Assembly (NCBI GenBank): GCA_051306005.1
Contig: JBPPMJ010000003.1
Location: forward strand, 33,764-97,763
Direction of reading: 5' to 3'
Source of the DNA: Minisyncoccota bacterium
GTDB lineage: Bacteria; Patescibacteriota; Minisyncoccia; Moranbacterales; UBA1568
DNA length: 64,000 bases
A model generated the notes under the pieces. The model had not been told where the DNA came from. It ran no database searches and saw nothing but the letters and a program-made list of their open reading frames with translations. A program made the translations under genes and the position numbers. Shown in pieces: positions 45,489 to 54,685 of this stretch (positions within the stretch are counted from its first letter, which is position 1; each line of letters starts with the position of its first letter).

Positions 45489-46997
45489 TTATTCTTTTTC
45501 AAATTCATGATCACGAAGTTCTCGTTTGATGTGAGCTTTAGCAGATGATGTTTTGATAAAATTAAGCCAATCACGGCTCGGTTTCTTCTTGTCTTTGACG
45601 GTGATGATTTCGACGACTTGAGCGTTTTGAATATGATGGTTGAGTGGTACCATCTTACCGTCTACCTTGGCACCAACGGCTCGGTTTCCGATTTCACTGT
45701 GAATGGCATAGGCAAAATCAATCGGGGTGGCGTCTTCGGGCAAATCAATGATGTCACCTTTTGGTGTGAAGGCGAAAATATGGTTTTTGAAAAATTCAAT
45801 CCGCAATCCTTCCATGAATTCTCGATTATCATTGCCGATTTCTTTCTGCCATTCCTTGAGCTGACTGACCCACATAAGTTCTTTGGGGGGCGTGGGCAGA
45901 GTCAATGCCTTTTTGGGCAAAAAGAGATTACGCCAACTGGAACGAGATTTTTCGGTATACATCCAATGGGCAGCGATGCCATATTCCGCTTCATCATGCA
46001 TTTTTTGGGTACGAATTTGGATTTCGAGAATACGTCCGTCTGGACCGAAAACGGTTGTGTGGAGAGATTGATAGCCATTGGGTTTCGGAAGAGAAATATA
46101 GTCCTTGATACGACCAACCATGGGGCGGTATTCACGGTGAATGATACCAAGTGCTTCATAGCAATCGGCAATTTCTGGAACGATGATGCGAATGGCGATG
46201 AAATCATAGATACGCGTGATATCCATTTCGTGACGCAGGAGTTTTTGATAAAGCCGATAGAGATACTTGGTCCGCCCGTTGATATCAATGACGCGTATTT
46301 TTTCCGCTTCCAAGATTTCACGAAATAATTTGACGACACGGGTCATGTATTCTTTGCCTTCATGAAGATACAGAGTCTCTATTTTCTTGGTCTCTTCGTA
46401 ATGAATGGGATCGAGATATTGAAAACAAAGATCTTCCATTTCACCTTTGATTTCTCCGATGCCCAGACGATTGGCCAGTGGAGCGTAAATATCAAAAGTT
46501 TCCTGGGCAATGCGTTCGCGTTTATCGGGGGGAAGATATTCCAACGTTCGCATATTGTGGAGGCGATCGGAGAGCTTGATAATGACGACACGAATATCCT
46601 GTGCCATGGCGAGAAACATCTTGCGCAGATTTTCCAACGAGCGTTCTTCCTTGGTGCCACGCAGTTTTATTTTTCCCAGTTTGGTGATGCCATCGACGAG
46701 GTAAGCGACCTCACCGCCAAATTGTTTCTCTATTTCTTCTAATGTAACCGCAGTGTCCTCAGGAACATCATGGAGAAGGCCGGCAACAATAGTCTTGGTA
46801 TCCATCCCGATTTCTGCCAACATCTTGGCGACATGCAGACAGTGGACGATATATGCTTCACCAGACTTTCGTTTTTGTCCTTGATGAGCTGTTTGCGCAA
46901 ACGTGTAGGCACTCAAAAGAAAGCGTTGTTCATCACCAGATATGGGGTGAAGCATAGCGCGCAAAACGTCGTCAAACGTGATTGGATCGGATGGCAT
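45489..46997 (-). CDS. RelA/SpoT homologue (HD hydrolase + synthetase + TGS; lacks distal regulatory domains)
   Basis: HQGQKRKSGEAY, LLHDVPED, KLSDRLHNMRT, PKPNGYQSLHT, EIQIRT, FTPKG..DFAYAIH; 502 aa. Confidence 0.93.
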   Translation of the reverse strand: MPSDPITFDDVLRAMLHPISGDEQRFLLSAYTFAQTAHQGQKRKSGEAYIVHCLHVAKMLAEIGMDTKTIVAGLLHDVPEDTAVTLEEIEKQFGGEVAYLVDGITKLGKIKLRGTKEERSLENLRKMFLAMAQDIRVVIIKLSDRLHNMRTLEYLPPDKRERIAQETFDIYAPLANRLGIGEIKGEMEDLCFQYLDPIHYEETKKIETLYLHEGKEYMTRVVKLFREILEAEKIRVIDINGRTKYLYRLYQKLLRHEMDITRIYDFIAIRIIVPEIADCYEALGIIHREYRPMVGRIKDYISLPKPNGYQSLHTTVFGPDGRILEIQIRTQKMHDEAEYGIAAHWMYTEKSRSSWRNLFLPKKALTLPTPPKELMWVSQLKEWQKEIGNDNREFMEGLRIEFFKNHIFAFTPKGDIIDLPEDATPIDFAYAIHSEIGNRAVGAKVDGKMVPLNHHIQNAQVVEIITVKDKKKPSRDWLNFIKTSSAKAHIKRELRDHEFEKE

Positions 46998-47067
46998 AGA
47001 AACGCAAAAAATGATTGTCCTGTTTCAGTATAAAGCAAAGCGGTGCTTGCGTGAAGATACGGCACGC

Positions 47068-47097
47068 TTGACAGATGCAACTCAGTTGCGTTAATCT
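47068..47097 (+). promoter_or_regulatory. Promoter of zur-znuACB with putative Zur box
   Basis: TTGACA-18-TAATCT enclosing palindrome ATGCAAC-TCA-GTTGCGT (47075-47091). Confidence 0.7.
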
Positions 47098-47118
47098 ACA
47101 ATAAATGTCAGAAGAGTT

Positions 47119-47553
47119 ATGTATATACAAGAAGAAATAGTGAATATCTGGCGTCAAAATGGAATGCGCCTGACCAAAACCCGTTTGGCAGTGGCAGATA
47201 TTTTTTCGTGGAGCACCAAACCGATATCTGTTGTGGAGATTGTCGGATTTTTGAAGAAGAAACATATTCTCGTTGACAAAACGACGGTGTATCGGGAATT
47301 GGAACGCCTGTGCGATCTCGGTATAGTGATACCGGTGCAGTTGGGTGAACGCAAACGCTATTTTGAATTGACACTACGCGATCATCATCATCACTTGGTA
47401 TGTCGTCAATGTGAACACGTAGAAGACGTGGTAGTCGATGAGCGGGATTGGTGTCGCCGTGAACAGGAAGTGGGGCATGCGAAAGGATTTGTCCAAGTAC
47501 GACATTCATTGGAGTTTTTCGGGCTCTGCATCGGATGCCAGGCGAAGTGTTAA
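47119..47553 (+). CDS. zur: Fur-family regulator, probably Zur
   Basis: RLTKTR, TVYREL, HHHHLVCRQC, CIGC; leads a Zn ABC operon. Confidence 0.88.
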   Translation: MYIQEEIVNIWRQNGMRLTKTRLAVADIFSWSTKPISVVEIVGFLKKKHILVDKTTVYRELERLCDLGIVIPVQLGERKRYFELTLRDHHHHLVCRQCEHVEDVVVDERDWCRREQEVGHAKGFVQVRHSLEFFGLCIGCQAKC

Positions 47554-47574
47554 TCAGTATGGCAATGTTTCTCT

Positions 47575-48513
47575 ATGTGGCACATGCTTCAAAAGAAAAA
47601 AAATATCATCGGAATATTCAGCATCATTGTAGGAATATGTGGAAGTGCGGGATGGTGGCTGATCGTTCAGCGTGAAAAGCATACAGAGGTCTCTGCCGAA
47701 ACACTGACTGTCGTCACAACGTTGTATCCGTTGACCTATATGGCGCAAAACGTCGGGGGTACAGAAGTAACTGTTCGGAGTGTGGTACCGGCTGGCACGG
47801 AACCGCATGAATATGAGCCGACGGCGCGTGACGTTGTGTCTATGTATCAGGCAGATATTTTTGTGTTGAATGGGGGTGGTATAGATGCGTGGGCGGAAAA
47901 ACTTCGTTTGGAGCTGGAACAACGGGGAGTAACCGTGATTCAAATGTCGGATTTCATCAATATGCAAGTTGATGCGTCTTTCGGGACTCCTGATCCGCAT
48001 TTTTGGCTGGACCCTACATTGATGCGCAATGCTGTATCGATCATAGGGACTGCGTTTATAAACCGCGATCCTTTGCGGGCGGACAAGTATACAGAAAATA
48101 TGATGCGTCTTGACACACAACTGAGCGCATTGGATGAGACATATCAGGCAGGATTACAGAGATGCGCTTTACGGACTTTCGTAACGTCACATGACGCATT
48201 TCGTTTTTTGGCACGACGCTATCATTTGGAAGCATTGTCAGTCAATGGAATGTCTCCGGATGCTGAAGCTTCACAGCGTACTTTGGCGGATTTGACGGTT
48301 ATTGTTCGAGAACGTTCCATACCTGTGGTGTTCTTTGAAACGCTCGCCAGCCCCAAAGTTGCTGAAACGTTGGCACGGGAAGCAAATGTGATGACAGCGG
48401 TCTTGAATCCTATTGAAGGTTTGACTGAGGCAGAACGCACGGCTGGACAGGATTATAGCACCCTGATGCACAATAATCTTTTATCTTTACAATCAGCACT
48501 GCGATGTCAATAA
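47575..48513 (+). CDS. znuA: Zinc ABC transporter substrate-binding protein
   Basis: EPHEYEP, DPHFWLDP, HDAF, NPIEG. Confidence 0.9.
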   Translation: MWHMLQKKKNIIGIFSIIVGICGSAGWWLIVQREKHTEVSAETLTVVTTLYPLTYMAQNVGGTEVTVRSVVPAGTEPHEYEPTARDVVSMYQADIFVLNGGGIDAWAEKLRLELEQRGVTVIQMSDFINMQVDASFGTPDPHFWLDPTLMRNAVSIIGTAFINRDPLRADKYTENMMRLDTQLSALDETYQAGLQRCALRTFVTSHDAFRFLARRYHLEALSVNGMSPDAEASQRTLADLTVIVRERSIPVVFFETLASPKVAETLAREANVMTAVLNPIEGLTEAERTAGQDYSTLMHNNLLSLQSALRCQ

Positions 48514-49259
48514 TCACTCCCTCCATTATCGATGTGCAACACCTCTCTTTCCACTATGGAACGACGGAGGTATTGCAAGATGTTTCTTTTGTCGTTTCTC
48601 CTGGAGATTATGTGGGTCTTGTGGGAGGAAATGGCAGTGGTAAAACGACGCTTCTGCGTATGATATTAGGATTAATCCGAAACGAAGATGGTGCAGTGAA
48701 AATTTTTGACACCCCCGTGGAGGATTTTCAGGAGTGGTCACGGGTAGGATATGTGCCACAAAATGTTTTTCGGGGAGATTTGTCCTTTCCGGCTACGGTG
48801 GAAGAAATCGTTGCGAGCGGGTATCATGGCGGGCAGGGGATATTTCGTGGCTTGCGTCGTCAGGCACGAGATGAAACACGAGAAGCGTTGATTCGTTTGG
48901 ATGCCGTGCACCTTTTGAAGAAACGTGTTGGAGAATTGTCTGGTGGTGAGCGTCAGCGCGTTTTTATCGCACGTTCTCTTGTAGCGCATCCACAACTCTT
49001 GATACTAGATGAGCCCACTTCAGGTATTGATACGGCGACTGAAGAACGTTTGTATGCGCTGTTGGGCGCACTCAATCATGAAGGCGTAACTATCGTGTTG
49101 GTTTCACATGATTTGGAGGCAATTGCTCGTGAAGTGAAAACCGTTCTCTGTCTCAATCGTAAGTTGGTATGCGCGGGAAATCCGACACATTTGCAGTCTG
49201 CCGAGGTACTACAGGCAATGTATGGGAATAAAAAACAGATAGTGCATCATGGACACTGA
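48504..49259 (+). CDS. znuC: Zinc ABC transporter ATPase
   Basis: GGNGSGKTT, GYVPQ, LSGGERQR, LDEPT, His-rich tail. Confidence 0.92.
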   Translation: MSIITPSIIDVQHLSFHYGTTEVLQDVSFVVSPGDYVGLVGGNGSGKTTLLRMILGLIRNEDGAVKIFDTPVEDFQEWSRVGYVPQNVFRGDLSFPATVEEIVASGYHGGQGIFRGLRRQARDETREALIRLDAVHLLKKRVGELSGGERQRVFIARSLVAHPQLLILDEPTSGIDTATEERLYALLGALNHEGVTIVLVSHDLEAIAREVKTVLCLNRKLVCAGNPTHLQSAEVLQAMYGNKKQIVHHGH

Positions 49260-49313
49260 AAAGAAGATCGATAAATATATATGTGCAGTGAATATTTTGT
49301 ATAAAAAATAAGT

Positions 49314-50123
49314 ATGTATTTTATTGATTTGTTCCAATATGATTTCCTCATGCGTGCCTTTTTGGCGGGGATGGTTCTGGCAATCATTGCTCCGCTTATT
49401 GGGATGTTTCTTGTTGTACGTGGGTATTCTTTATTGGCGGACGCCTTGTCACATATGTCGTTACTCGGAGTAGCGCTAGCACTCTTTTTCAAGGTACCAG
49501 TACTGGTTGGCGCACTGATCTTTTCACTGTTGACCGCCTTGGGAATGGATCGGTTACGTACCAAAGGACAGATGCTTGGAGAGGCGGTCATTGCACTGTT
49601 TTTGTCAAGTAGTTTGGCGTTATCAGTGGTATTAATCAGTGCCGTCAAGGGGCTGAATGTCAATCTATTGAGCTATCTTTTTGGCAGTTTGACCACGATT
49701 ACAACACTGGAAGTATGGCTGTTAATTGGTTTGGCGGTTGGCATTATTTGGTTCCTTATTTTTTTCTATCGAGAATTATTTTTGTTTGCGTTGGATGAAG
49801 ATATGGCTCGAGTGAGCGGTGTTTCAGTATGGAGACTGAGTGCGATGTTTATGCTCATGACCGCTCTTACGGTGACGCTGGCTTTGCAAATGGTGGGTGC
49901 TCTCCTGATTGGTGCCCTTCTTGTCGTGCCAGTCCTGACCGCGATGCAGTGGCGTCAGGGTTTCCGTATGACACTCATACTGGCAATCTGCTTCTCTTTA
50001 TTGTCTGTTTTTACCGGTTTTTGGCTGGCATATTTTTTTGATTTGGCGAGTGGAGGAATGATCGTATTGTTGTCCACGAGTTTTTTTGGCCTTTCTTATA
50101 TATTCTCGCATGTGCGGAATTGA
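49314..50123 (+). CDS. znuB: Zinc ABC transporter permease
   Basis: DALSH, SYLFGS, VGALLI. Confidence 0.92.
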   Translation: MYFIDLFQYDFLMRAFLAGMVLAIIAPLIGMFLVVRGYSLLADALSHMSLLGVALALFFKVPVLVGALIFSLLTALGMDRLRTKGQMLGEAVIALFLSSSLALSVVLISAVKGLNVNLLSYLFGSLTTITTLEVWLLIGLAVGIIWFLIFFYRELFLFALDEDMARVSGVSVWRLSAMFMLMTALTVTLALQMVGALLIGALLVVPVLTAMQWRQGFRMTLILAICFSLLSVFTGFWLAYFFDLASGGMIVLLSTSFFGLSYIFSHVRN

Positions 50124-50343
50124 GAGAATGTTCGTGGAGATATATTTTTCAAGCACAATAACTCGGTCCCTTGACACCCCCAAAAAACCGACGTGGAACA
50201 AAGGAGTCGTTGTCAAAATGAATGGATCGGTATTGGTATTCTCTACCGGAGAATCAAAATGTCTCAAATGGGGTGCTGGTGCCAGTGTTGGCAACAATTG
50301 GAAAACGTGCGGTCCGGTGAATTGGTAGGAGGTGCAGGATATT

Positions 50344-52503
50344 TTATTGGTTCATTTTGTCTGGACGATGATTGGGGCACTCTTTTTTGGAACAGCGGTC
50401 GGGGATGGTTTTGGTTCCTGCCATCATAAGAGAACCACAGAGGGGACAGAGGGAGCCGGTCGGTTTGGCCTTGATAGCATTTTTGCAATCGGGATAGTTG
50501 CTACAACTATAAAATATCCCAAAACGTCCACGTCGTTCAGTCATTTTGCCTTTGTGACAGACGGGACAATCAACATTCGTTGAAGGTTCTGCGTGTTCAT
50601 CTTTTTTGATGAATTTGCATTTGGGAAAGTTGGAACATGCCACAAAGGTGCCAAACTTGCCTTCGCGGGTAATGAGCCTGCCGTTTTTGCATTGCGGACA
50701 GGCCTCGCCTGTTTCTTGAGGTGGCGCTATTTCTTTACCTTCGGAAGTGAGGGCGCCATCGCATTCAGGAAAACGTGAACAGCTGAAAAATTTTCCTGAG
50801 CGCGATAGTTTGATGATCATAGTGGCACCGCACTTGGGACAGAGGGTGCCTACTGGAGCTTCGCCCATGTTCGTGACTTTGTCGATTTTTTCTTTGTTTT
50901 TGACAGCCTGAGCAAAAGGGGTGTAGAAATCTGTGAGTGTTTTGACGTAGTCTCGTTCACCATGAGCGATGTCATCAAGTTTATTTTCCATATCAGCGGT
51001 AAAAGTTTCGGAAACGATATTAGCGAAATGAGCAAAGAGAAAATCATCCACGACGATGCCGGTATCAGTGACAGACAGTGCCTTTCCTTCTTTCCGAACA
51101 TATCCTCGATCCTGAATAGTCTTGATAATAGAGGCATAGGTACTCGGACGTCCGATACCGCGTTTTTCAAGTTCTTTGACGAGTCCGGCTTCGGTGTAGC
51201 GTTTCGGCGGTTCGGTTTGTTTTTCTTCGGACGTGATGGCAGTAATCGTGAGAGGATCGGAAGCAGTGAGATGAGGAACCTCTACATCATCTCCGCGTGC
51301 CTGAGTATCGAGTGCGAGCCATCCATCAAAGAGGAGACGTGAACCATTGAGTACAAAATCTGGCAGAGAGCGTGAGAGCGTATTGGCGATAATCTTGGTG
51401 CGTAAGATCCTCGCATCGCTCATTTGGGAAGCCAAGGTTCGGACGCGGATAAGAGTATACAATTTTTTCTCATCTTCGGTGATGCCGGCAGAAACTTTGG
51501 CACTATCCGTTGGACGAATAGCTTCATGTGCTTCTTGGGCGTTTTTGCTTTTTGTTTTGTAGTGACGCACTGTGAGATGTGATTCACCAAAGGTTTTCTG
51601 GATGACGGCAATGATAGCAGGCAAAGCATTTTCGGAAAGTGATATGCTGTCCGTCCGCATATACGTGATGTGTCCTTGTTCGTAGAGTTTCTGAGCCGCT
51701 CGCATCGTTCGTGAGGGAGACATGCCAAGACGAGAGCTGGCGGTTTGCTGGAGAGTGGAAGTGGTAAAAGGCGCATAGGGACGACGCACGGCTTCGGTTT
51801 CATTGATTGAAACGATAGACCAAGGTTCCTGACGGGCCCGCGTAAGAATATCCTCTGCCATTTGTTTATCTTTTGGCTGTTCACTGCAGAGTAGAGTCAA
51901 GGTTGTTTGTTCTGCGGTATGACACTTTGCACTAATAGTATAGTAGGTTACTGGTATAAAATTTGCTATTTCTTTTTCGCGGAGAGCAAGGATATGCAAA
52001 GCGGGAGACTGGACACGTCCGGCAGACAGACCGTAGCGCACTTTCTTCCAGACGAGGCTGGATAAATCATAGCCGACAAGACGGTCCAAAACTCGTCGAG
52101 CTTCTTGAGCTTTGCGGAGATTGGTATCGAGCTGGCGTGGGTGATTGACTGCTTCTCTGACCGCTTTTTCGGTAATTTCATAAAATAACACGCGTTGCGG
52201 TTTTTTGATAGCGCAAATATCTGCTACGTGCCAGGCGATAGCTTCTCCTTCACGATCTGGGTCGGTAGCGAGAAAGATAGTGTCACTTTTCTTGACGAGT
52301 GTTTTGAGCTCTTTGACGATGGTTTCTTTACCAGGGGAGACGATATAGTGCGGTACAAAACCGCCAGCTATGTCGATAGCATCTTTGTTGGATTTGGGAA
52401 GATCACGAATATGTCCTACGGAAGCGATAACTTTGTACTCATTATTGAGATACTTTTCAATCGTTTTGGCTTTGGAAGGAGATTCAACAATGAGAAGCTT
52501 CAT
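50344..52503 (-). CDS. topA: DNA topoisomerase I with C-terminal zinc ribbons
   Basis: IVESPSKAK, DPDREGE, SAGRVQS, ITYMRTD, repeated C4 ribbons. Confidence 0.98.
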   Translation of the reverse strand: MKLLIVESPSKAKTIEKYLNNEYKVIASVGHIRDLPKSNKDAIDIAGGFVPHYIVSPGKETIVKELKTLVKKSDTIFLATDPDREGEAIAWHVADICAIKKPQRVLFYEITEKAVREAVNHPRQLDTNLRKAQEARRVLDRLVGYDLSSLVWKKVRYGLSAGRVQSPALHILALREKEIANFIPVTYYTISAKCHTAEQTTLTLLCSEQPKDKQMAEDILTRARQEPWSIVSINETEAVRRPYAPFTTSTLQQTASSRLGMSPSRTMRAAQKLYEQGHITYMRTDSISLSENALPAIIAVIQKTFGESHLTVRHYKTKSKNAQEAHEAIRPTDSAKVSAGITEDEKKLYTLIRVRTLASQMSDARILRTKIIANTLSRSLPDFVLNGSRLLFDGWLALDTQARGDDVEVPHLTASDPLTITAITSEEKQTEPPKRYTEAGLVKELEKRGIGRPSTYASIIKTIQDRGYVRKEGKALSVTDTGIVVDDFLFAHFANIVSETFTADMENKLDDIAHGERDYVKTLTDFYTPFAQAVKNKEKIDKVTNMGEAPVGTLCPKCGATMIIKLSRSGKFFSCSRFPECDGALTSEGKEIAPPQETGEACPQCKNGRLITREGKFGTFVACSNFPKCKFIKKDEHAEPSTNVDCPVCHKGKMTERRGRFGIFYSCSNYPDCKNAIKAKPTGSLCPLCGSLMMAGTKTIPDRCSKKECPNHRPDKMNQ

Positions 52504-53618
52504 AGGGCGGTCGTTGTTTTTATATAATGCATACCGCCGATATCTTTTGCACAGCCTTTAATCTCAAGCAGTGAGAGTGCCACAGTCACAGACGATGTCT
52601 CTAGTCTAACGGCTTTGATAATCTTGTCAACGTGGATGGGTTCATGCGAGAGGTTTTGGAGGATCTGTTGTTCAATGTCGGAAAGTCCGGGAATAGTATG
52701 AGAAAGAGGAGGTGCCGATGAGTTGGTAGTGAGCAGAGATCGCGTCAAGGGTAATTCTTCGAGGATGTCTTGAACGGAGGTGACGATTTTGGCACCGGAC
52801 CTGATGAGGGCATGCGTACCGATAGAGGTAGGGGAAAAGATAGATCCAGGCACTGCAAAAACTTCGCGATTGTAATCGAGGGCGAGACGCGCGGTGATGA
52901 GTGTGCCACTTTGTTCTGTTGCCTCAATCACGAGCGTCCCTAGACACATGCCAGCCATGATGCGGTTGCGTGCTGGAAATGTGCCTTCATTGGGTTGGGT
53001 ACCGGGGCGATACTCTGACAATATCGCGCCAGTTTGCATGATATGATTCGCCAATTTCATATGAGAACGAGGGGCGATGGAAGTGTCATTGACACCACCA
53101 GCCAGAACGGCCAGTGTATATCCACCAGTATCAAGAGCGGTTTGGTGCGCAATAGCATCAATGCCGAAAGCGAGGCCGGAAACAATCACGAATCCCGCTC
53201 GCACGAGGTCTGCAACCAGGCGTTCTGTGACTTGTTTACCGTATGGAGTGAAACGACGTGAACCAACAATCGCCAGAGTCGGATGTTCATTCCATCGATA
53301 GTGTCCACGTGCATACAGAAGGATGGGTGCATCAGGCGTTTCTGCTAAGAGGGCTGGGTAGCGAGGGTCGGTAACGGGAAGTATGTCGATGCCTTGTGCA
53401 CAGACACGTTCCCATTCTTGGACAGGATTGAGAGCACGCCTTCCTGTCATCAATGCAGAGACTGTCTTGGGACCGAGACCCTTGATAGAGAGGAGCGTTT
53501 TTTCGTCAGCGGACCAAACCGCTTCTATGCTTCCGCATTGTCGAATGAGCTCATGCAAAGTCTTGGTGCCGATACCGGGAATCAGGGTGCAGGCATGGAG
53601 GAGGATAGTTGTATCCAT
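52500..53618 (-). CDS. dprA: DNA-processing protein DprA
   Basis: IVGSR, VSGLAFGID, FPARNRI, SGTLITA, FAVPG; ATG at 53618. Confidence 0.96.
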   Translation of the reverse strand: MDTTILLHACTLIPGIGTKTLHELIRQCGSIEAVWSADEKTLLSIKGLGPKTVSALMTGRRALNPVQEWERVCAQGIDILPVTDPRYPALLAETPDAPILLYARGHYRWNEHPTLAIVGSRRFTPYGKQVTERLVADLVRAGFVIVSGLAFGIDAIAHQTALDTGGYTLAVLAGGVNDTSIAPRSHMKLANHIMQTGAILSEYRPGTQPNEGTFPARNRIMAGMCLGTLVIEATEQSGTLITARLALDYNREVFAVPGSIFSPTSIGTHALIRSGAKIVTSVQDILEELPLTRSLLTTNSSAPPLSHTIPGLSDIEQQILQNLSHEPIHVDKIIKAVRLETSSVTVALSLLEIKGCAKDIGGMHYIKTTTAL

Positions 53619-53769
53619 AGGAAAGAAAAAAGAAAGTACTGTTATTGTACTGGTTCCTGACGGTATGAGCAACTGATTACACAGCATCTTTTTCATTTCA
53701 TGGTATTGATGAGGCAATAATTTCGGTAAACACCACTTAGGCATTTTTCTTCACCCATGTTTCAACATA

Positions 53770-53798
53770 TTGACAAGATAATGGTTCCGCGCTATACT
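53770..53798 (+). promoter_or_regulatory. Promoter of the cold-shock gene
   Basis: TTGACA-17-TATACT. Confidence 0.75.
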
Positions 53799-53868
53799 AT
53801 AAAGGTGTATAGACACAGGGAAACGGAGTCGAGTTTTCGCAGTATATAAGCAACCATAGAGAATCAAT

Positions 53869-54066
53869 ATGCAAGGAACTATCAAAACCCTTACAGATCG
53901 AGGATTCGGATTCATCTCTCGCGAAGGCGAAGAGAAGGATCTTTTCTTCCATGCTAAGGAATTGGTCGGTGTGACTTTTGATGAACTGAAGGTCGGCGAT
54001 GCCGTTACTTTTGAAGTTGTCAACGGTGACAAAGGCCCTTCAGCTGTCAGTGTTTCACGCACCTAA
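53869..54066 (+). CDS. Cold-shock domain protein
   Basis: RGFGFI (RNP1), LFFH (RNP2), KGPSA. Confidence 0.96.
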   Translation: MQGTIKTLTDRGFGFISREGEEKDLFFHAKELVGVTFDELKVGDAVTFEVVNGDKGPSAVSVSRT

Positions 54067-54094
54067 GCTCTCGCGTACTTTGTACGTGTGGACC

Positions 54095-54120
54095 AAACAC
54101 CTCTTTACAGAGGTGTTTTT
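54095..54120 (+). terminator. Intrinsic terminator after the cold-shock gene
   Basis: AAACACCTCT-TTAC-AGAGGTGTTTTT. Confidence 0.88.
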
Positions 54121-54161
54121 GGTTTGGTTAAAAGGAAGAAAGCGTGTATACTATAAGTAGT

Positions 54162-54572
54162 ATGAAACAAATACGTACAATTATCAGTGGCGGTTTGATC
54201 GGAACGCTGGTATCGCTAGTGGGGGGATTGTGTATGGATGTTATGCCAACACAGGCGATGGAGATGTCTTCGGTTGTCAGTGAGGATATGTTGACGATGC
54301 ATCAGACGGTCATCGTCAAAGAATATGCAGACAACATTACCCATCCCATGCCGATGAGTGCTCTGCACATCTGTGTGGTGGATTGTGTGGGCAATGTGAC
54401 GAAAACGAATAGCGTCAAAAAATTCAGCCTCAGTGTTAATGGTGATTGGCACGGGAATATCACCGATCAATCGTTTGTCTTGGTACATGATGCGGTGTCT
54501 GAAGTACCTCTATCAAGCGATATCGCTCCACCGATACCCGATATACTTTTTTCGGTATTCAAAAAAGAATAG
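54162..54572 (+). CDS. Exported Met/His-rich protein with CxxxC and C-terminal APPIP; candidate CutF/CruR-like copper-responsive leader
   Basis: Hydrophobic N-terminus ending PTQA, CVVDC, DIAPPIPD near the stop; first gene of the copper cluster. Confidence 0.6.
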   Translation: MKQIRTIISGGLIGTLVSLVGGLCMDVMPTQAMEMSSVVSEDMLTMHQTVIVKEYADNITHPMPMSALHICVVDCVGNVTKTNSVKKFSLSVNGDWHGNITDQSFVLVHDAVSEVPLSSDIAPPIPDILFSVFKKE

Positions 54573-54629
54573 ATTTTTTTGAGGTGTCTACGGAAATATT
54601 TTTGTGCGTTTTTCCCCCTGACACTTAAC

Positions 54630-54660
54630 AGCCATTTCTTTTTGGAGGAATGGTTTTTGC
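54630..54660 (+). terminator. Terminator/attenuator-like hairpin between leader ORF and multicopper oxidase
   Basis: AGCCATTTCTT-TTTG-GAGGAATGGTT followed by T-rich tail. Confidence 0.55.
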
Positions 54661-54685
54661 TTCTTAAATATATAACAATATACTT

